Of a stretch of DNA of 50,610 bases, positions 41,987 through 50,377 are shown piece by piece. Below the pieces are notes generated by a model. It saw only the letters and a list, made by a program, of their open reading frames with translations. It did not search any database and was not told the DNA's origin. This stretch comes from a virus (Duplodnaviria > Caudoviricetes), in IMG/VR virus record IMGVR_UViG_3300037258_000793, positions 1 through 50,610 of that record. One strand, 5' to 3'. The first letter of the stretch is position 1, and each line of letters opens with the position of its first letter. Made by a program: the position numbers and the translations under genes.

Positions 41987-42550
41987 TCACGGCGCGCCGC
42001 CCGCAGCGGGCTCGTGCGGGCCGGGCGAACTGGAGTGCGACTCAGCGGGCGTGAGGGGGTGTGTGGGGCTGTCAGCGTGGCTGTGCGCGTCTCCTGGCGG
42101 CTGCTGTGGGCCGATCGTCTGGAGTTGCGCGAGGAAGATCTCGCGGGGACGCCCGTGGGGGGCGTAGCAGCTGATCCACTTGACGGCGTCGGTCGCCCAT
42201 GCGCGTAGCTGGTCGCGTTGGTCGACTGCGTCCTCGGCGAGCCCGGCGGTCTCGTCGATCAGTTGGAGCCGGGCGGCGCTCTGGCGGCGTAGCTGCTCGT
42301 TCTGGTCGAGCATGCGGTCACATTCGGCGCCCTTCTCTGCGAGCTCGGCCGCAAGCCGGTGTCGGTCGTCGTGGAGATCAGCGATCTCTCGTTCGCCCTG
42401 TTCCACGTCGGCACGCAGCTCGTCGCGCTCGGCGCGCAGCTCGTCGCGTTCCTGCTCGGCCTTCTCGGCGCGGTGGCGTAGTTGTGTGCGGCGCCGTTCG
42501 AGTTCGTTGATGCGGGCGCGGAACGCGCGGGCTTCGGCGGCGCTAGTCAC
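41987..42550 (-). CDS. Coiled-coil hypothetical protein
   Basis: Heptad-rich sequence (ERDELRAERDELRA). Confidence 0.7.
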   Translation of the reverse strand: MTSAAEARAFRARINELERRRTQLRHRAEKAEQERDELRAERDELRADVEQGEREIADLHDDRHRLAAELAEKGAECDRMLDQNEQLRRQSAARLQLIDETAGLAEDAVDQRDQLRAWATDAVKWISCYAPHGRPREIFLAQLQTIGPQQPPGDAHSHADSPTHPLTPAESHSSSPGPHEPAAGGAP

Positions 42551-43052
42551 GGTCGGCTCCGGGCGCCTCTTCCCACGGTCCGACCCGGCGGCGTACGACG
42601 GTGCCGTGGTAGAAGTCCTGGTCGTCGCCGGGCTTCTCGTCGCGGATGTCGATCTCGTCGTCGCCGTCCCAGCGGACGCCGTACTCGTGGTTGCTGATCG
42701 CGGCGAGTTCGGCGCGCTCGTCGTCGTCCGGGAGCGTGTCGGTGTCGTCGGCGGTGTGGTCGAAGACGGTGGCGAGGGCGCGGGCGTCGTCGGGGCGTAG
42801 TTCGACGTTGTGGCCGCCGGTGTCGGCCTGGTCGGCTTGGTCGCGCAGGTGGGTGGCGAGGGCGTGGACGGTGTCGGTCGGGGTGGGCAGGAGGGGTGCG
42901 AGGCGTGCGGCGAGGGCGTTGACCAGGATGGCGGGGTCGCTGTAGGTGGGTTTGTCGTCGCTGGTGATGAAGCGGGCGATCTGGCCGCGGTTGTGGATGC
43001 GGGCGTCGCGCATGGCGTGGCGGATGGCGTCGTGGAGCTGGTCGCCGGTCAT
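42543..43052 (-). CDS. Hypothetical protein
   Basis: Operon continuity; EYGVRW...VVRRRVGPWEE. Confidence 0.7.
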   Translation of the reverse strand: MTGDQLHDAIRHAMRDARIHNRGQIARFITSDDKPTYSDPAILVNALAARLAPLLPTPTDTVHALATHLRDQADQADTGGHNVELRPDDARALATVFDHTADDTDTLPDDDERAELAAISNHEYGVRWDGDDEIDIRDEKPGDDQDFYHGTVVRRRVGPWEEAPGADRD

Positions 43053-43053
43053 G

Positions 43054-43341
43054 TCAGTGTCCTGTCGTGTAGATCTCTTCGCCGATAGCGGCGAGGGTGG
43101 TGATCATGAACTGTGGGTCGGCGAGGTCCGGCCGCTCTTCGAGCATCAGTTGCAGGACGAGTGCGGCGTGCATGACGGCGGTTCCGGCGCTGTGCGTGTC
43201 CAGGTCCGGGAACTGGCCGGTGATCTGGGTGGCGCCCGCGTGGGCGAGCATGCGGATGCCGGGGTGGCTGGCGTTGGCGCGGGTGTGGATGTCGGCGGCG
43301 AGCTGGTCGAGCAGCGCGGTACTCGCGTAGTAGTCGGTCAT
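43054..43341 (-). CDS. Hypothetical protein
   Basis: Tight spacing; RBS GGAG. Confidence 0.65.
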   Translation of the reverse strand: MTDYYASTALLDQLAADIHTRANASHPGIRMLAHAGATQITGQFPDLDTHSAGTAVMHAALVLQLMLEERPDLADPQFMITTLAAIGEEIYTTGH

Positions 43342-43342
43342 G

Positions 43343-43702
43343 TCAGGCTCCGTCGTTGGCGCAGTAGACGCACAGGTCGCCGGCTTCGGCGCGGATGACG
43401 TGGCAGCGGGCGCACTTGGGCAGCGCGGCGACCGTGCCGCGGCGCGGCTTGGCCGGTCGGACCGGGCTGGTGGCTCGGCCGGCGGTGGGCACCGGCCACA
43501 GCCCTTCGAGGAGCGTGCGGGCTTCGTCGGCGGTGTATGCGGGCTGCCCGGAGCGGTGGAGGGGCTGATAGGCGTGATCGACGAGGTGGACCAGGTCGTC
43601 GATTGTTTGGGCTCGGGAGATGGGTGCGCCGCACGATAGTTGGCCGGTGAGGTGGCGCATGACGCTTTGGACGGCGTTGGCTTCGGTGAGGTTGAGGGCC
43701 AT
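43343..43702 (-). CDS. Hypothetical protein with C-terminal zinc ribbon (CARC...CVYC)
   Basis: Two CxxC pairs; tight spacing. Confidence 0.65.
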   Translation of the reverse strand: MALNLTEANAVQSVMRHLTGQLSCGAPISRAQTIDDLVHLVDHAYQPLHRSGQPAYTADEARTLLEGLWPVPTAGRATSPVRPAKPRRGTVAALPKCARCHVIRAEAGDLCVYCANDGA

Positions 43703-43703
43703 G

Positions 43704-43967
43704 TCAGTGGGCTGTTTCTGTGAGGATGTCGCGGGCTCGGTCGAGGCAGGCGAGGGTGGCGGCGCGCTGGCCGGCCTGGGTGGCGTGGCGGGCGCCTTCG
43801 AGGTTGGCGGCGAGGCGTGCGAGTTCGGCGCGGGTGAGGGTGCGGGCCGGTTTGGCCGGCAGGGGTGTTTCGGCGAGGGCGGCTGTGAGGGTGTTGCGGT
43901 GGGCTGTGGCGTCGGGGTCGGCGGGGAGTCGGGCGAGGATGAGCGTGGCGAGCTCGATGGTGGTCAT
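43704..43967 (-). CDS. Hypothetical protein
   Basis: ATGA overlap with the upstream stop. Confidence 0.6.
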   Translation of the reverse strand: MTTIELATLILARLPADPDATAHRNTLTAALAETPLPAKPARTLTRAELARLAANLEGARHATQAGQRAATLACLDRARDILTETAH

Positions 43968-44497
43968 CGGTGCCCTGCGCGCTGGTCGTCGGCGGCCGCG
44001 GCCTGGTCGAGGATGGCGAGCAGCTGCGCGCGGATCGGGGAGTCGTTGGGCCGCGGGGCGCCCGGTGTCTCGGTGTCGGCGGCGGGGATGTAGCCGGTCC
44101 ACTGCTCGGGCGTTTTGAGCGAGTACGGCGGATCGCAGAGTTTGCGGGCGATCTGCGGGTGGGCGAGTACGAGGTCGCGGCGTTGCTGGTTGAGGATCGG
44201 GGCGTGGATGGCGCGGTGGCTGACGCGTTTGCGCCATTCGCCGGGGTTCTGCGCGATGTTCTCGGGTGGCACGGGGATGGGCTTGTTGTGGGGTGCCGGG
44301 CCCAGCAGGTAGCGGATGTCGGCCGGGCGTATGCGGTCGGGGTTGCGGCTGTAGTGCCGGGTGACCATGTCGCGGCAGGCGGTGAAGTCGAGGTCGTGGA
44401 GGGCTCCGGCCCAGGCGATGACGTCGGCGTCGCCGACGGTGCGCTGGTCGTAGCAGGCTATGAAGGCGAGTAGCTGCGCCGCCTCGGACATGATCAT
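43964..44497 (-). CDS. Helicase loader/inhibitor-like (G39P-type) replication protein
   Basis: EAAQLLAFIACYDQRTVGDADVIAW...HY...IRPADI; coupled to the initiator. Confidence 0.7.
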   Translation of the reverse strand: MIMSEAAQLLAFIACYDQRTVGDADVIAWAGALHDLDFTACRDMVTRHYSRNPDRIRPADIRYLLGPAPHNKPIPVPPENIAQNPGEWRKRVSHRAIHAPILNQQRRDLVLAHPQIARKLCDPPYSLKTPEQWTGYIPAADTETPGAPRPNDSPIRAQLLAILDQAAAADDQRAGHR

Positions 44498-45363
44498 GTG
44501 GTGATCTCCGGGCGGTTCGTGCCGAACAGGTCCGGGAGTTGGCCGGTCTGCTCCATGGCGCGGTATTTGGCGGCGAGGTCGAGGGCGGCGCCGACGCGCT
44601 GGTCGGTGGTGGAGGGCCTCGGCGGATACGGGCCGTTGGCTGTCGGCGCGAAGGCGCCGGAGGTTGTGGGGGGCGGCTGGAACCGGTCGGCGGCGCTGAG
44701 GATCCAGTTGTGCCAGGTGCGTTCCCAATTGAGCTTTACGCCTTTAGAGCCGGGCACCGACGAGAAGTGGTTGATGAATTTCTGCGTTTCACGTTCGCCG
44801 TCGACGTGCGGGGCGTTTTCCCGGCCCCATTCCCGCATGGCGTCGGTGAGGGCGAAGTCTTCCGGGATGCGGGTGCCCCGCTTGGCGGCTGTCGTCGAGC
44901 CGCGCTTGCGCGGCGCCGAAGACGAACGTAGTGAGTCTTCTTGTTCTTCTGTTCCTTGGTGGTTCTGTGTGTCAGCAGTGACACCCCTGGGTGGTCGATC
45001 TGACACCCCTGGGGTGTCATTTTGGAACCCCTGGGGTGTCAGATTGAGACTCGTAGTGGTGTCATCCTGCGACCCCTGGGGTGTCAGTCTGGTACCACTA
45101 GGGCCGTCCATGAGGATCCGGTAGCGACTCGTCGAGCGCCCGGTGCCGTGCTGCGATATCTCAAGCCAGCGCTTTCCGATGCAATTCTTCTGCGTGCGGA
45201 AAACGGTGCTGCGGCTCATTCTTGTCTTGCGTGCGAGTGTTTCCACGCTGGGGAATGCCTCGCCCTCGTCGTCGGCGAAATCCGCGATGGCGAGCAGCAG
45301 CAGCAGGTCGTTTCCGGCCGCGGGGGAGGTGTCCCACACCCATGACATGACCCTGACGCTCAC
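44494..45363 (-). CDS. Replication initiator (N-terminal wHTH, lambda-O-like organisation)
   Basis: LLLLLAIADFADDEGEAFPSVETLARKTRMSRSTV; C-terminal KFINHF...NWERTWHNW; internal iterons. Confidence 0.88.
   Translation of the reverse strand: MSVRVMSWVWDTSPAAGNDLLLLLAIADFADDEGEAFPSVETLARKTRMSRSTVFRTQKNCIGKRWLEISQHGTGRSTSRYRILMDGPSGTRLTPQGSQDDTTTSLNLTPQGFQNDTPGVSDRPPRGVTADTQNHQGTEEQEDSLRSSSAPRKRGSTTAAKRGTRIPEDFALTDAMREWGRENAPHVDGERETQKFINHFSSVPGSKGVKLNWERTWHNWILSAADRFQPPPTTSGAFAPTANGPYPPRPSTTDQRVGAALDLAAKYRAMEQTGQLPDLFGTNRPEITT
44979..45086. repeat. Iterons / probable replication origin within the initiator gene
   Basis: Four copies: TGACACCCCTGGGTG 44979, palindrome TGACACCCCTGGGGTGTCA 45001, ACCCCTGGGGTGTCA 45027 and 45072; T-rich stretch at 44935-44970. 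Confidence 0.82.
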
Positions 45364-45444
45364 CAGGCCACTCCCGTCCGTTCGCACTGCTCACTGGATA
45401 GATCTTACAACACTTGGTAGTCTTGGCGACACTAGACAAATCTC

Positions 45445-45471
45445 ACCATGGCCTATCATGTTGGCCATGGT
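45445..45471. promoter_or_regulatory. Inverted repeat flanking the -10 of the phd-like gene
   Basis: ACCATGGCC-TATCATGTT-GGCCATGGT; the right arm contains ATG 45467. Confidence 0.6.
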
Positions 45472-45751
45472 CGTGAAGATTGGTAGGACTGGCGTGAAAC
45501 CCGTCCCCATGACTGAGGTGCGCCCTCGGCTGACGGAGATCGTCGATGCCGCACGCGACCGCAACGAGGCCACCGCGATGACCGAGTACGGCCGGCCGCG
45601 TGCCTTCGTCGTCTCGGTGCCGTTCTTCGAGCGCGCCGAGCGCGACTCCCGGCTCGCCGGCCTGCTGTGGGAGCGCGACCCGCAACTGTTCGACGACCTG
45701 CTCAAAGGACTGCCGGACATCTCGGTGCCGTCGCGGATGGTCGCCGAGTAG
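45467..45751 (+). CDS. Phd/YefM-family antitoxin-like protein (orphan)
   Basis: VPMTEVRPRLTEIVDAA...TAMTEYGRPRAFVVSV. Confidence 0.8.
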   Translation: MVVKIGRTGVKPVPMTEVRPRLTEIVDAARDRNEATAMTEYGRPRAFVVSVPFFERAERDSRLAGLLWERDPQLFDDLLKGLPDISVPSRMVAE

Positions 45752-45763
45752 GGATGCGCCGAA

Positions 45764-45789
45764 GGGAGCGGCCCGCGAGGGCCGCTCCC
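45764..45789. terminator. Hairpin between convergent genes
   Basis: GGGAGCGGCCC-GCGA-GGGCCGCTCCC. Confidence 0.7.
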
Positions 45790-45874
45790 CACCGCCGAAC
45801 CGCACTGACCTCACCGCGCGGCGCCGTCCCGCCGCTGCGGCACGAGCAGCTGCGTCTCGCGGCGGGAACGGCGG

Positions 45875-46075
45875 CTACGCATCGGCGATCCGTTCCACTG
45901 CCGCGCGCAGCTGCCGAACCTCGGCCTCAGCGTCCAGCATGCGGCGCCGGGCCGCGAAGAGATCGCGTTCGGTCTCGTGCAGCCGCAGCTCGAACGCTTC
46001 GGCCATCTCGCGGTGATACTGCCAGCGCCACCAGCGGGCCTTGGGCGTGACGGCGAACCGGCGCGGCCTACGCAT
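45875..46075 (-). CDS. Small coiled-coil hypothetical protein
   Basis: ATG 46075 overlaps the end of the upstream gene. Confidence 0.55.
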   Translation of the reverse strand: MRRPRRFAVTPKARWWRWQYHREMAEAFELRLHETERDLFAARRRMLDAEAEVRQLRAAVERIADA

Positions 46076-46676
46076 CGGCCGCCGCCTGACGCCGGGCCTG
46101 TCTGCGCGCCACCACGACCGCGGAGCGCCCCTTGCGGCACGCCTCGTCGATCGGCTCACCGCGCCGCCGGTGGCGCTCGTACGCGGCCTCGGTACCGCAC
46201 CGGATCGGCTCCGTGCTGTGGTGGCGTCCGCGGCGCCAGTCGGCGTACTGCCGGCACGCCGCGTCGAGCTCTTCGCCCGCGTCGAGGTGGGCGCGCCACG
46301 CCGCATGGCTGCCGCACTGCGGGGGGCGCCGTTCGGACTCGACGTGGCCGGGGAGCTGTTTGCGGTCCTGCACGTCCTGCCAGCGTCGGCACGGGTCGCA
46401 CAGCGGCGTACCTGCCGCCTGGTGGGCCTGGACGCCGGAGCGGGTGCCGTGCCCGAGCGTGACAGTGCCCAGGGTCCCCTGGGAGCGCCGGTTCGACCGC
46501 ATCGGGCGTCCGGTCAGGCCGAGGGCGTCGAGCAGCAGCGCCTCGTCGTCGGGGCCGGTCGCGTGGGCGTGGACGACGGCGGCCGCGGCGTGTTCCTGCG
46601 CCGCGGTGGCCTGGGGCCGCCCGAGCGCGTCCACCTGGCCCTGCAGGTCCTCGACGGGCACGGGACGGCCGCTCAT
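46068..46676 (-). CDS. Protein with three tandem (C/H)G(T/S)...H...G...(C/D)xxC putative metal-binding repeats
   Basis: HGTRSGVQAHQAAGTPLCDPC; CGSHAAWRAHLDAGEELDAAC; CGTEAAYERHRRRGEPIDEAC. Confidence 0.75.
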   Translation of the reverse strand: MSGRPVPVEDLQGQVDALGRPQATAAQEHAAAAVVHAHATGPDDEALLLDALGLTGRPMRSNRRSQGTLGTVTLGHGTRSGVQAHQAAGTPLCDPCRRWQDVQDRKQLPGHVESERRPPQCGSHAAWRAHLDAGEELDAACRQYADWRRGRHHSTEPIRCGTEAAYERHRRRGEPIDEACRKGRSAVVVARRQARRQAAADA

Positions 46677-47206
46677 CAGGCACCGTCCGGGCGCCACAGC
46701 ACCGTGAACGGCGCCCACTGGGCCAGGGCGGCGACGTCGCTGTCCACATCGGCGCTCAGGTCGACGTCCTCGGGCGTCTCGATCGCGAGCGGGACGTCGT
46801 CGCCTGCGCGCAGCAGCGCCGGAAACTCGCTCTTCACCTCGCAGCCGTCGCCCAGGTAGTAGGTCACCTCGCCGTGGCCGACCTGCCAGGCGCAGTGGTG
46901 CCGGTCGATCAGGATGCTGCGGGAGGGCAGGGCGCGCAGCCACGCGCCGATCTCGGCCGGGTCGGTCGGCGAGACGACGGCCGCGGCCGTTAGGCGCCTG
47001 TTTTCGGCGACCAGCGCGCGGATCGGCTCGGCGAACAGGGCCCGGATCAGCCCATCGCGCTGCGCGAGCAGGCTGTAGAGGCCGTCCAGTGAGATCTTCC
47101 TCGTGCCCAGGTCCGGCACGACGTGCGGGAAGCCGCTGCCGTCGGGGTTGAGCAGTTCGGTGAGGCGCCCGATGGGGCTCATCGGCGGCGGGGTGTCAGG
47201 CGCCAT
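46676..47206 (-). CDS. Hypothetical protein
   Basis: Operon continuity; ends WAPFTVLWRP. Confidence 0.7.
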   Translation of the reverse strand: MAPDTPPPMSPIGRLTELLNPDGSGFPHVVPDLGTRKISLDGLYSLLAQRDGLIRALFAEPIRALVAENRRLTAAAVVSPTDPAEIGAWLRALPSRSILIDRHHCAWQVGHGEVTYYLGDGCEVKSEFPALLRAGDDVPLAIETPEDVDLSADVDSDVAALAQWAPFTVLWRPDGA

Positions 47207-47900
47207 CGGACACCGCCTCGGCCTGCTCGTCGTTCTCCGGCTCGACTGCGAGGTACGTCTCGTAGTCCGGCTCCTCGTCGCCGCCGGTGCACACGGTCTC
47301 GGGCCGGATCCGGTAGCGGCCGTTCTCCTGCGGCCACGAGGGCGCCATGGCGTCGTGCGATGCCCAGCACACGGCGCCCGGCGGCAGGTACCGGCACTCG
47401 TCCGGGTGCAGCAGTTGGTAGGACGGCGCGGGCTCGCCGGTGAACAGGTCCGGCTCGATCTTGCGGATCAGGGTGTGCCAGGGCAGATCGAGTTCGGTCT
47501 GATCGCTCGACCAGCGCCGGGCATGCAGCCGCCGCGCGTAGTGCCGGATGCGCTCGTACTTCTGCTCGGTGGTGTGGCCGTCCCAGCCCGTGTCGCCCGG
47601 CTCGCTCGGCCGCACGTACGTGAACAGGTCCCGGTCGTCCGGGGCGATGTGCCAGGCCAGCTGCCCGCCGGGCGTGTCGATGATGACGACGGCCCAGCCG
47701 GGCTCTTCCGGGTCGGTGTAGCCGATGTGCGAGGGGTGGAGCGCGGCGAGCAGCGCGACGAGGTGGGCGCGCTCGCGGTAGGCGCCGTTGAGCGCGTTGC
47801 GGGCGTCGTCGCGCTCGCGCCAGGCGGTCTCACAGCGATCGGACCACTGCTCGGCGACGGCAGCCCAGTCGGGGTCGCGGTCGACGGGGGTATCAGGCAT
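47196..47900 (-). CDS. WDGH-motif phage protein
   Basis: AYRERAHLVALLA...GQLAWHI...WDGHTTEQKYERI; RBS AGGAG. Confidence 0.78.
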   Translation of the reverse strand: MPDTPVDRDPDWAAVAEQWSDRCETAWRERDDARNALNGAYRERAHLVALLAALHPSHIGYTDPEEPGWAVVIIDTPGGQLAWHIAPDDRDLFTYVRPSEPGDTGWDGHTTEQKYERIRHYARRLHARRWSSDQTELDLPWHTLIRKIEPDLFTGEPAPSYQLLHPDECRYLPPGAVCWASHDAMAPSWPQENGRYRIRPETVCTGGDEEPDYETYLAVEPENDEQAEAVSDGA

Positions 47901-47927
47901 GTCATGCTCCTAAGGTGAGACGAGGGG

Positions 47928-47960
47928 CCTGCCGGGCGCCAGTGCGGGACGCCCGGCAGG
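47928..47960. terminator. Intergenic hairpin
   Basis: CCTGCCGGGCG-N11-CGCCCGGCAGG. Confidence 0.5.
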
Positions 47961-48015
47961 CGCAGGGAACGCGGCCGCGCCACGGGGAGAGCAGCACGGA
48001 CGCGGAAGAAGACGG

Positions 48016-49365
48016 CTAGTCGGCGTCGGCCACCGGGGGCACCGTCGCGCAGATCAGCCTCACCTGCTCCTGCAGGTCCTCCAGCGTGTTCTGACCCGCG
48101 AACAGCCGGTTCGCCGTGCGCTCGTCCAGCCCCAGGGCCGTGCGCGCGGCGTGCGAGATCTGCACGTGCTCGCGCCCGAATCGCGGCCGCAGCTGCTCCG
48201 GCAGGGACGCCACCTCCACGGCGAAGTCCTCCCGGCGCATGCGGCCGCCGAGCTCGGCGACGACGTGCCCGGCCATGCAGTACGCGGTCCCGCAGTCCGT
48301 CTCGGTGATCCACGAGTTCTGCTCCCAGGTCTCCGGGTGCTCCTCGATCCGCTGCAGGGCCCGCTGCAGGAGCGCCGGGTCGCTCGTCAGCGGGACGCGC
48401 TGAACGAGCGCGCCCCCGGTGACCTCCACCTCGCCGTAGACGCGGACAGTGACGTGCTCGTCGGCGGTCACAGTGCCGGCGCCGGTGTGCAGAACACTGG
48501 AGTAGTCGTGGGCCTCGGTGCGCGGCGACGACGAGCCGTAGGCCTCGGTGCGCGGCGACGACGAGCCGTAGGCCTCGGTGCGCGGCGACGACGAGTCGTA
48601 GGCCTCGGTGATCGGCGACGACGAGTCGTAGGCCTCGGTGATCGGCGACGACGAGTCGTGGGCCTCGGTGCGCGGCGACGACGAGTCGTGGGCCTCGGTG
48701 CGCGGCGACGACGAGTCGTGGGCCTCGGTGATCGGCGACGACGAGTCGTAGGCCTCGGTGATCGGCGACGACGAGCCGTGGGCCACGGTGATCGGCGACG
48801 ACGAGTCGTAGGCCTCGGTGCGCGGCGACGACGAGCCGTAGGCCTCGGTGCGCGGCGACGACGAGCCGTAGGCCTCGGTGCGCGGCGACGACGAGCCGTA
48901 GGCCTCGGTGATCGGCGACGACGAGCCGTAGGCCTCGGTGATCGGCGACGACGAGCCGTAGGCCACGGTGCGCGGCGACGACGAGCCGTAGGCCACGGTG
49001 CGCGGCGACGACGAGTCGTAGGCCTCGGTGATCGGCGACGACGAGTCGTGGGCCACGGTGCGCGGCGACGACGAGTCGTGGGCCACGGTGCGCGGCGACG
49101 ACGAGCCGTAGGCCTCGGTGATCGGCGACGACGAGCCGTAGGCCACGGTGATCGGCGACGACGAGCCGTAGGCCACGGTGATCGGCGACGACGAGCCGTG
49201 GGCCACGAGGGTGGGCGTCGCGGCCCCCTCGACCTTGATCGTGTGGCCGCGCGGGATGTCGGCCGGGATCTCGTAGCGGCCGTCGTTGCTGATGAGCGGG
49301 TAGTCGCTCGCGGCGATGGCGGCCGCGAATGTGATCTGGTCGGTGACGGGCACGTACTGGTACAC
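48016..49365 (-). CDS. Decapeptide-repeat (probable beta-solenoid) protein with C-terminal CGTAYCMAGH domain
   Basis: GTG 49365 with upstream AGAGG; 23 repeats A[YH][GD]SSSP[IR]T[EV]. Confidence 0.82.
   Translation of the reverse strand: MYQYVPVTDQITFAAAIAASDYPLISNDGRYEIPADIPRGHTIKVEGAATPTLVAHGSSSPITVAYGSSSPITVAYGSSSPITEAYGSSSPRTVAHDSSSPRTVAHDSSSPITEAYDSSSPRTVAYGSSSPRTVAYGSSSPITEAYGSSSPITEAYGSSSPRTEAYGSSSPRTEAYGSSSPRTEAYDSSSPITVAHGSSSPITEAYDSSSPITEAHDSSSPRTEAHDSSSPRTEAHDSSSPITEAYDSSSPITEAYDSSSPRTEAYGSSSPRTEAYGSSSPRTEAHDYSSVLHTGAGTVTADEHVTVRVYGEVEVTGGALVQRVPLTSDPALLQRALQRIEEHPETWEQNSWITETDCGTAYCMAGHVVAELGGRMRREDFAVEVASLPEQLRPRFGREHVQISHAARTALGLDERTANRLFAGQNTLEDLQEQVRLICATVPPVADAD
48511..49200 (-). 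repeat. 23 x 30-bp in-frame tandem repeat with four dimorphic sites
   Basis: Unit GGCC(T/A)CGGTG(CG/AT)CGGCGACGACGAG(C/T)CGT(A/G), counted directly. Confidence 0.97.
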
Positions 49366-49402
49366 GGAGATGCGTCCTCTCGGATCGGGTAGGGGATGGT
49401 CA

Positions 49403-49431
49403 GGCCCCGGCCGATTGCGCCGGCCGGGGCC
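49403..49431. terminator. Hairpin after the lsr2-like gene
   Basis: GGCCCCGGCCG-N7-CGGCCGGGGCC. Confidence 0.55.
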
Positions 49432-49442
49432 GTGTGCGTCGG

Positions 49443-50102
49443 CTATGCCGGGTGCGCGTCGGCGTACGCCGCCAGGACCGGGGCCGGGATCGTGCCGCGC
49501 TCGCCGATCTCGAGGCCGTTCTCCCGGGCCCATGCCCGGATCTCGAGGTTGCGCGTGCGCTCCACGATGGGCGCCGGGGCGGCCGCTTTGGCCTTCTGGC
49601 CGCCGGCGAGCCGCAGGGCCTCGCGGGCCGCGGACAGCTGTGCGGTCAGCCGCTCGACCTGCTCCTGCGCGTCCGCGACCTGCTCGGCGCGCCGGGAGAT
49701 CCCGCGCAGCTCCTCGACCTGGAGCCGGATCTTCGCGGCGAGCGACTGCGCGCGCGCAGGGCCGTCCTTCTCGGCCCACTCCAGCAGCTCGTCGACGGTG
49801 TCGAGGTCCGCGCCGTTGACGACGGCCGTCGGCGTCACCTCGATCACCGGCGACCTGTACCGGCTGGCCGGGGCCATCGGCTTCGGCGTGGGCTTCGGCG
49901 CCTGCACGTTCGCCGGCGTCGGCCGAGCTGCGCGGTTCGCGTCCGCCCGACCGACCGCCGCGGCGATCTGCGCCCGGGTCAGTCCCGTCTCGTCTTCGAC
50001 CAGTTTCAGGTCCTTGCCGTTGCGCACCATCAGGACCGCCTGCGCCTGGTTGGCGGCAAGCGCGGGGCCGCGGTCGGCCCTCGTCGTGTCGGTGGTGGTC
50101 AT
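49443..50102 (-). CDS. Protein with C-terminal Lsr2 DNA-binding domain
   Basis: EIRAWARENGLEIGERGTIPAPVLAAY; preceded by an HTH-like segment and a coiled coil; ATG 50102. Confidence 0.85.
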   Translation of the reverse strand: MTTTDTTRADRGPALAANQAQAVLMVRNGKDLKLVEDETGLTRAQIAAAVGRADANRAARPTPANVQAPKPTPKPMAPASRYRSPVIEVTPTAVVNGADLDTVDELLEWAEKDGPARAQSLAAKIRLQVEELRGISRRAEQVADAQEQVERLTAQLSAAREALRLAGGQKAKAAAPAPIVERTRNLEIRAWARENGLEIGERGTIPAPVLAAYADAHPA

Positions 50103-50377
50103 CGTCTTCCGTCCTCTGCGTCGTCGGCCTCGGCCTCGTGCTCGTCGATCGCCCGGTCGAACTCGGCCACGAGGTCGATCAGGTCCGGCTGCACCTCCAT
50201 GGCGAGGGCCTGCCGGTTGATCAGGTACTGCGGGCGGCGCAGGACGCGGCGGACCGGCTCGGGCCGACTGACCGGCCGCGGCTGGGCCGGGGGCTGCTTG
50301 TCGCGTTGGCGGCGCTCGTAGGCCAGGTGGCCCGTAGCGCCGAGCACGAGCAGCACGCAGATGATCAGGTAGATCAC
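50099..50377 (-). CDS. Small membrane-anchored protein
   Basis: N-terminal TM (IYLIICVLLVLGA); GTG overlaps the upstream stop. Confidence 0.65.
   Translation of the reverse strand: MIYLIICVLLVLGATGHLAYERRQRDKQPPAQPRPVSRPEPVRRVLRRPQYLINRQALAMEVQPDLIDLVAEFDRAIDEHEAEADDAEDGRR

Noticed and set aside
45467-46075. Complete toxin-antitoxin pair
   Set aside because: No RelE/Doc/PIN-like ORF is adjacent to the Phd-like gene; the downstream gene is convergent and coiled-coil.
48511-49200. CRISPR array or diversity-generating retroelement
   Set aside because: Units are contiguous with no unique spacers and stay in frame in a CDS; no cas or reverse transcriptase gene was seen; variation is two-state, not adenine-specific randomisation.
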